Below, piece after piece: positions 58,501 through 64,000 of a DNA stretch of 64,000 nt. Position 1 is the stretch's first letter; each line of letters opens with the position of its first letter. This DNA comes from an uncultured Pseudomonadota bacterium (lineage in GTDB: Bacteria; Vulcanimicrobiota; Vulcanimicrobiia; Eremiobacterales; Eremiobacteraceae). The position numbers were made by a program, and so were the translations under genes. The stretch spans positions 1,632,001 to 1,696,000 of the forward strand of contig CAVTNB010000001.1 in the NCBI GenBank assembly GCA_963736005.1. Reading direction: 5' to 3'. The notes beneath the pieces were generated by a model, which did not search any database, was not told the origin of the DNA, and worked only from the letters and a program-made list of their open reading frames with translations.

Positions 58501-58917
58501 CTACTCGCGGACCAACGCTAACCTGGGCACCGAGCGGCCGGCTTGACGCGCCAAGCTATCGGCGCGTTCGTGAACGTCTCTGACCACCGACTCCAACTCA
58601 TCGATATAGGCAAGGAAACGCGTTCGCCCACTCTTCGTAATCCGGCAAATCGTGGTCGGGCGACCGGGCCCGCTCTCCTTGTTGATCGAGACGATGTCCA
58701 TTTCTGCCAACGCGGTCAGATGGCGGCTAAGATTGCCATCGGTTAAACCGCAAGCTTCCTGAAGCTCGGTAAAGCTCATGCCTTCGGGATGGGTCACGAG
58801 GCACGTGCACACGGCGAGCCGTCCGCGTTCGTGAAAGATACGCTCTAAACCAGAATAAGCGAACGGTGCATCCGTGCGGGTCCGCTGCGGTTTCCGTCCA
58901 TTTTTCTTCATCGTCAT
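58501..58917 (-). CDS. Winged-helix transcriptional regulator
   Basis: FHERGRL, SFTEL, LTDGNLSRHL, ITKSGR. Confidence 0.85.
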   Translation of the reverse strand: MTMKKNGRKPQRTRTDAPFAYSGLERIFHERGRLAVCTCLVTHPEGMSFTELQEACGLTDGNLSRHLTALAEMDIVSINKESGPGRPTTICRITKSGRTRFLAYIDELESVVRDVHERADSLARQAGRSVPRLALVRE

Positions 58918-59525
58918 GGCGATGACTGCGCTTTCCTATCCAATGATAACAAGTAGCCAATGATGGTCTGGCCAAGACCAAATCCGGCCGGCATCACCCA
59001 AAATGAAAGCGACCACGAGGGATCCGGGATCAAGATGAGCGCCGCGCCGGCGAGGCCGAATGCGCTCGCCACGTACGTGACGCCTCGCGGCAACATGGCG
59101 CGCGACGAAAACAGCCCGATGCCGTACGAAGCATACCAGACGCCTGGCAACAGCGAGACTATCCCGTGAGCGATCATTGCTAAACTCAGCACAGCGCCCA
59201 GCCCAACGGCTGGAAGGATCGCTATGCCGACGCTGCGGGTCTGTCGCCGTTCGTGTAACCCGGCATTGCGAACGTACCAAACGAGCAATGCGCCGTAGTT
59301 GATGGCTAGCGCTGCGGCGAGGCAGGCGAACCATATGACGAGATATCGCTGGGTGTCCGCCGGAGTTTGAGGAAACGGCGCAACCACCCATTGGACGATT
59401 CCCGCGACGATTGCCACCACGCCGCTGAGTGCCGCAGCCGAACCCGAATAGCCCCGAAATTCCTGGACGCTTGCCAGGCGGTCTCGCACTTCGGCGAGAT
59501 CCGCGAGCGCCCGCTCAACTTCCAT
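58914..59525 (-). CDS. Six-TM hypothetical membrane protein
   Basis: Hydrophobic helices; translationally coupled to the regulator. Confidence 0.75.
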   Translation of the reverse strand: MEVERALADLAEVRDRLASVQEFRGYSGSAAALSGVVAIVAGIVQWVVAPFPQTPADTQRYLVIWFACLAAALAINYGALLVWYVRNAGLHERRQTRSVGIAILPAVGLGAVLSLAMIAHGIVSLLPGVWYASYGIGLFSSRAMLPRGVTYVASAFGLAGAALILIPDPSWSLSFWVMPAGFGLGQTIIGYLLSLDRKAQSSP

Positions 59526-59725
59526 CGGTTACTTTGTACCACAAAGTCAGGCAAATTGCAACGCACATCATTTTCTCTGTCGCAGCGGACCTCTAGGTCC
59601 GCGTGCCCGAACTGAGGACCAAAGGGAAGCGCCTTTCCTTGGCCTTGTGGCAGATTCTAAGGCTTGCCGAACGATGGTATAGTAACGAAGGCGCGGAACT
59701 GTCCTACCTGAAAGCGAGAGAGACG

Positions 59726-60697
59726 ATGGAATTATCCGACCTGCAAGTCTACCACAACGGAAAGTTCGTGCGGTATGGAGACGCCAAGGTCGGGCTCCTC
59801 ACGCACGGCCTCAACTACGGTACCGGGTGCTTTGAAGGCATACGTGGTTACTGGAGTCCGTCGCTCGAGCAGCTCTATATCTTTCGGCTGCAAGATCACT
59901 TCGAACGCCTGCGTCGATCGTCAAACCTCTTGCTGGTCTCCTTGGAAGAAACCGTCGCACAGCTCAGCGCCCATACCGTCGAATTGGTCCGCCGCAACAA
60001 ATTGCGCCAAGACGTCTATATCCGACCCATCGTGTTCAAGTCCGCTGAGGAAATCGGCGTACGCTTGCACGGCGTCGAGCACGACATCAGCATCGTCGTA
60101 CTGCCGCACAAACCATATCTTGATGCATCAAAGGGTCTACGTGCCTGCGTTTCATCGTGGCACCGGATCGATGACAACACCGCTCCTGCGCGGGCAAAAT
60201 TGACGGGCATCTATGTAGGCTCGGCGCTTGCAAAGACCGATGCGGTCAAGAGCGGATTCGATGAAGCGATCGTCATGACGGCCGAGGGGCACGTTGCCGA
60301 AGGCAGTGCGGAGAACATTTTTATCGTCCGCGATAACCTCGTGATCACACCGCCAGTCACGGATAACATCTTGGAAGGCATCACGCGGCTCACGATTATG
60401 GAGCTCGCTGCGACCGAACTCGGTCTGCGAGTTGTCGAGCGAAGCATTGATCGCACCGAATTATATCAGGCGGATGAAGTATTCTTCACTGGCACGGCCG
60501 TTGGGGTGTCCCCCGTTATTGAGATAGACCACCGGAAGATCGGCGAGGGCGGTATTGGGAAAGTGAGCGCCGCGCTCGTCCAGCTCTACGAGGATATCGT
60601 GGTGGGGCGCCTCAGTCAGTATCAGCGCTGGCTGACGTCTTGCTTTCCCGTAGCGGGCGGCTCCAGCGTGAAGAGCTCGAAAGCGGCGGCTTCTTAG
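59726..60697 (+). CDS. ilvE: Branched-chain amino acid aminotransferase
   Basis: HGLNYGTGCFEGIR, YIRP, AKLTG, EGSAENIF, LEGITR, TGTA. Confidence 0.93.
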   Translation: MELSDLQVYHNGKFVRYGDAKVGLLTHGLNYGTGCFEGIRGYWSPSLEQLYIFRLQDHFERLRRSSNLLLVSLEETVAQLSAHTVELVRRNKLRQDVYIRPIVFKSAEEIGVRLHGVEHDISIVVLPHKPYLDASKGLRACVSSWHRIDDNTAPARAKLTGIYVGSALAKTDAVKSGFDEAIVMTAEGHVAEGSAENIFIVRDNLVITPPVTDNILEGITRLTIMELAATELGLRVVERSIDRTELYQADEVFFTGTAVGVSPVIEIDHRKIGEGGIGKVSAALVQLYEDIVVGRLSQYQRWLTSCFPVAGGSSVKSSKAAAS

Positions 60698-60745
60698 CCA
60701 CCGGACGTCCTAGCTAAGGGGACGCGCACATTAGGTCTTTCTGCC

Positions 60746-60774
60746 TTGCATTGTCGTATGGTCTCATCTATAAT
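60746..60774 (+). promoter_or_regulatory. Sigma70-type promoter
   Basis: TTGCAT-N17-TATAAT. Confidence 0.75.
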
Positions 60775-60779
60775 TGGTG

Positions 60780-61015
60780 TGACGGGGGTCACATATCCAC
60801 CCGTCGGTATTGTTATATAAGGCTCGGGGAGCGACTCGGTTCATTCACGTGAGATGGATCGAGAATGTTTTTCGAGCAGGCGCTTCAGGACCGATGTCTT
60901 GTCGTGGTGGCAGCCACTTTTGACATGACCGTACGCGACGGTTGAATCCTAAAACGCCTGCCCGTGTGGACGGAACGCTGCTCGAGACTTCAGCACTTGA
61001 AGAAGGAGCCTTCTC
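60780..61015 (+). ncRNA. Putative structured leader / sRNA
   Basis: Complementary segments: GACGGG/CCCGTC, CTCGGTTCAT/ATGGATCGAG, CAGGCG/CGCCTG, TCGAGCAG/CTGCTCGA, GTGGC/GCCAC, CTTCA/TGAAG. Confidence 0.4.
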
Positions 61016-61126
61016 ATGCTAGTTCTACTCGGTGGCGTTCTCGCTGTGTTCCACAGCCTTGGTGGTGTGTTGTCCTCGGCTTCCCACTTCTTCCATATTT
61101 TTGGAGACACAGTCGGCTGGTTCTAG
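61016..61126 (+). CDS. 36-aa hydrophobic peptide MLVLLGGVLAVFHSLGGVLSSASHFFHIFGDTVGWF
   Basis: AAGGAG RBS 7 nt upstream; own promoter; stop overlaps the convergent gene's stop. Not in the ORF track. Confidence 0.65.
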   Translation: MLVLLGGVLAVFHSLGGVLSSASHFFHIFGDTVGWF

Positions 61127-62421
61127 ACGACAACATCACTCAATAAACTAACCAGTCTCGGATCATAAAGCGTTCCGCTACCTTCGCGAAGTAGCGCGAG
61201 CGCTTTTTCTTTTTCCATTGCTTCTGCCCCATCGTACCCCGTCAGGAACCTAACATAGTCTCTTGCAACAGTTATGATGCGAGAAGCGAGGGGGATGTCT
61301 TCTCCTTTCAAGCCACGCGGATATCCAGCGCCATCGAAGCGCTCGCCGTGAAACTCGATCCAATCCGCGATCTGATTTGGCAGCAATGCGTCTGCCGCAC
61401 GAACCATGAGGCCACCCCAGCGCGCGTAGGCGCGTTTTTGGCTTGCCTCTTTGGGATTCGACGGAGCGCGATTTCGGATTCTGGCGGGGATATGTGATTT
61501 GCCTATTTCGTGGAGCTCCGCAGCCAAACCGAGCAGATCAATATCGCGCTTCGACATGCCGAGACGGCGACCCAACATTTGGGAGATATTCTGGACCTCG
61601 CTCGCAAACTCGAGGTTTTCGGTATCGGTAAAATGCGTGAGGTCGCGAACAAGCCCCTGAGCTTGCGCTTGCGCCCTCTCCAGCTTATGAAGCTGAGTTG
61701 TAATCCCTAGGACGTCCTGAACAACTCTAATTTGTGCAACGACGATGTAAAAAATCGATGTGGTGAGCAGGCCGCCGAACCGATATGTTGCGACCAGCAA
61801 ATAGGCGTAGACAGACGCAATGACTCCAGTTCTGAGCAGTTGCGTCAGAGCAAAAGGTCGACCATTGATCAGGTAGTAGACGTATGCGGTGACATTGCTT
61901 GCTGTTTGCCAGGCCAAACCAACGGCAACAATGCCTAGCAGATCAACAACACTCGTGAGATACTTCGGGGTTATGATCAGAACCTGACCAACGAGATGCC
62001 ATACCCCGAGTAATGCATACGATCCAATAATGGCGCTCGCTGTTTGGCCAAAGGTCGCCGGCGCGAGCATCGACCTCCAGCCACCGCCTTCGTGCAGCAT
62101 CATCCGCAGTCGGACAACTGCCCAAGTGATCACCGCCAAGACGATTGTCCATGACCCGAAGACTACGCCTGAGGCCGAGATGACGGCCGTCATTGGCGCT
62201 ACCATTGAGACTGCAGGGGTCTTGACGGGACGCTCCATCAAGATCAGAAACACCGCGACGATTGCGACCTGAACGATGGTGGTTATTCGGAGATCGAAGT
62301 GTGGCGGGAAGAGATACAAAAGGAGAAGTGAGATTCCAGTAAGACCGTAAGCGTAAAGCTGGGTCGCGATCTCGCGCCAGCTCTCCCGCTGTGACTGTGC
62401 GTGGTCCCCTGCCAAAGCCAC
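61123..62421 (-). CDS. Multi-TM sensor fused to a degenerate HD-GYP domain
   Basis: About 7-8 TM; LHEIGK, FHGERFDGAGYPRGL, IPLASRII, GTLYDP. Confidence 0.85.
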   Translation of the reverse strand: MALAGDHAQSQRESWREIATQLYAYGLTGISLLLLYLFPPHFDLRITTIVQVAIVAVFLILMERPVKTPAVSMVAPMTAVISASGVVFGSWTIVLAVITWAVVRLRMMLHEGGGWRSMLAPATFGQTASAIIGSYALLGVWHLVGQVLIITPKYLTSVVDLLGIVAVGLAWQTASNVTAYVYYLINGRPFALTQLLRTGVIASVYAYLLVATYRFGGLLTTSIFYIVVAQIRVVQDVLGITTQLHKLERAQAQAQGLVRDLTHFTDTENLEFASEVQNISQMLGRRLGMSKRDIDLLGLAAELHEIGKSHIPARIRNRAPSNPKEASQKRAYARWGGLMVRAADALLPNQIADWIEFHGERFDGAGYPRGLKGEDIPLASRIITVARDYVRFLTGYDGAEAMEKEKALALLREGSGTLYDPRLVSLLSDVVV

Positions 62422-62606
62422 GAGTTGTTTTACGCCTTTCCCTTGCGGGCGTTGTGTCCCCCAGCACTTCCGGCCAGTACAACGCTTCGCGCTACCGTTC
62501 TCAATGTATCGTCTATGCGACGTTTGTGAGGAAGCGCATATTACGTCACACTATAGGGTCGTGCGCAGCGTCACGCACAGCTGTTCGAAGAGAATGGGCG
62601 CAAGCC

Positions 62607-63512
62607 CTAGTTTATGGGCGCGGCGCGTCGTTGGGAGAACGCGCGAAACGTGAGGAGCGAAACTTGGCGGATGAAGCGCTCGCCCAAGTCGAGATCGGAC
62701 AGATGCGTTGTGAAAACGCATATGACATAGGGCGAGCCGTTGAGCTCGACGATGCCGATGTCGTTGAGGGTATCGTGAAGCGTTCCAGTCTTGTGAGCGA
62801 TCACCAATGACTTTGGAAGCCACGCAGGGATCATCGTATTGTGTCGCTGGCCGGCAAGTATCTCAAGCATCGCATCGCAGGCCTTGGCGTTCACTAGTCG
62901 ATGTTCGGCGATCATGCCCATAAGTCGCATCATGTCATTGGCGCTCGTGCGCAGCGTGCGAACGTCCCCATCGCTATGGATGCTATCCCCGAGCCAGGTC
63001 TGCGTGAGCCCCAGGCCCTGCATGGTCTGGTTCACATGCTGACGGCCTACCAAACGGATCAGCATGTTGGCCGCGGTGTTATCGCTGACGGTGATCATGC
63101 GCCACAAGAGCTCCCAGACCGTATACTTCGAACCCCATGGTGCATCGCATAAAGAGCCATAACCGCAATCGCGATCGCCCTCGCGCAGCGATACCGTGCG
63201 GTAAAAGCCAAACTTGCCCAGTGAAATCTGCCGCATCACCTCAACCATGACCGGCACTTTGATCGTACTGGCGGCCGGTAGATTGACGTTGCCATTGATG
63301 GACATCGTGTAGCCATTGTGGAGGTCGACAACGGAAATCGCAACCTCACCCGGAGCATTGTCGACCAACCGCTCGAGCTTTGGAGCAAGGTCGCCATACG
63401 TATCGACGTCGGCAGAGGCAATCAGGGCTGGTTTCGGAGACGCTGGAGCGATCGATGCGCTTCCAGCGATGACAAGTGCCACGATGACGATGAGAAAGGC
63501 AAAATGACGCAT
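62607..63512 (-). CDS. Serine hydrolase, class A beta-lactamase-like / PBP-A type
   Basis: Signal peptide; ASTIK, SDN, KTG. Confidence 0.88.
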   Translation of the reverse strand: MRHFAFLIVIVALVIAGSASIAPASPKPALIASADVDTYGDLAPKLERLVDNAPGEVAISVVDLHNGYTMSINGNVNLPAASTIKVPVMVEVMRQISLGKFGFYRTVSLREGDRDCGYGSLCDAPWGSKYTVWELLWRMITVSDNTAANMLIRLVGRQHVNQTMQGLGLTQTWLGDSIHSDGDVRTLRTSANDMMRLMGMIAEHRLVNAKACDAMLEILAGQRHNTMIPAWLPKSLVIAHKTGTLHDTLNDIGIVELNGSPYVICVFTTHLSDLDLGERFIRQVSLLTFRAFSQRRAAPIN

Positions 63513-63600
63513 TTTATAGAGAGCTCTTGCGCTAGTGTATCGGCGACGATAACGAGGGAATTTAGTCCAAGCGAACCTAAAGTCCGCTGCTATATCGATT

Positions 63601-64000
63601 ATGCAAGTGGTAGAACGCGCACACACTGTGACGATCATCGGTGTGCCACTGGAGTTGGGCGCCAGTCGTCGGGGCGCGCGTCTGGGCCCGCAGGCACTGA
63701 GAACTGCGGGGCTGGCACAGCAGCTGGAATCCCTTGGCTATGCGGTGACGGACTTCGGAGACGTCGCCGTGATAGGCAAGTCCGGCGATGCTTTAGGTGG
63801 GCCAGGTCACCCAAGAAACGTGCGGTCAGTGCATGACGCCAATCGCGAAATCGCTCATGCCGTGGAAACCGCGATACGCGAGCAGTCCTATCCAGCTGTG
63901 ATCGGCGGGGACCACTCGATGGCCGTCGGCGTGATCGCCGGGATCGCGCGGGTCAACGGACCACAAGGCGTCATTTGGGTGGACGCGCACGCTGACCTGA
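63601..64000 (+). CDS. rocF: Arginase, 5' part (truncated by the window end)
   Basis: IIGVPLELGASRRG..GP, GGDHS, WVDAHADL. Confidence 0.9.
   Translation, partial: MQVVERAHTVTIIGVPLELGASRRGARLGPQALRTAGLAQQLESLGYAVTDFGDVAVIGKSGDALGGPGHPRNVRSVHDANREIAHAVETAIREQSYPAVIGGDHSMAVGVIAGIARVNGPQGVIWVDAHADL

Noticed and set aside
62607..63512. Bona fide class A beta-lactamase resistance gene
   Set aside because: SxxK/SDN/KTG are present but no clear omega-loop ExxLN motif, so it is more likely PBP-A-like.

Overview
This is a bacterial chromosome segment of roughly 58-60% GC (estimated by eye). The gene style tentatively suggests a soil Terrabacteria lineage such as Eremiobacterota/Vulcanimicrobiota (inference only). 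Most of the window is housekeeping and envelope genes: a reductive pyrimidine catabolism cluster (dense frameshifts in the first ~2.2 kb, probably sequencing errors), pyrK-D-F-E, a two-component pair, hydrolases, an OPT transporter, bolA/grxD, coxD/E/xdhC-type accessory genes, Mrp, livKHMGF, a family-B polymerase, PolX, uppS, ilvE and a partial arginase. A tRNA-Ala(CGC) at 18504-18576 is an integration hotspot, with a duplicated 3' end at 20811-20850, an integrase remnant and accessory DNA extending to ~28.5 kb. The most notable signals are: (1) a 36-aa peptide gene with its own consensus promoter and a long structured leader, convergent on a membrane HD-GYP protein with degenerate catalytic motifs; (2) an orphan YxxP-leader RiPP-like precursor; (3) a 15-aa poly-Lys micropeptide with a hairpin-occluded RBS; (4) four GTAG-footed REP-like hairpin families, two clusters of which bracket single genes as inverted repeats; (5) a HisKA-like/O-methyltransferase fusion; (6) a CcdA homologue lacking both redox Cys; and (7) a cupredoxin paralogue pair in which one copy has lost copper ligands.
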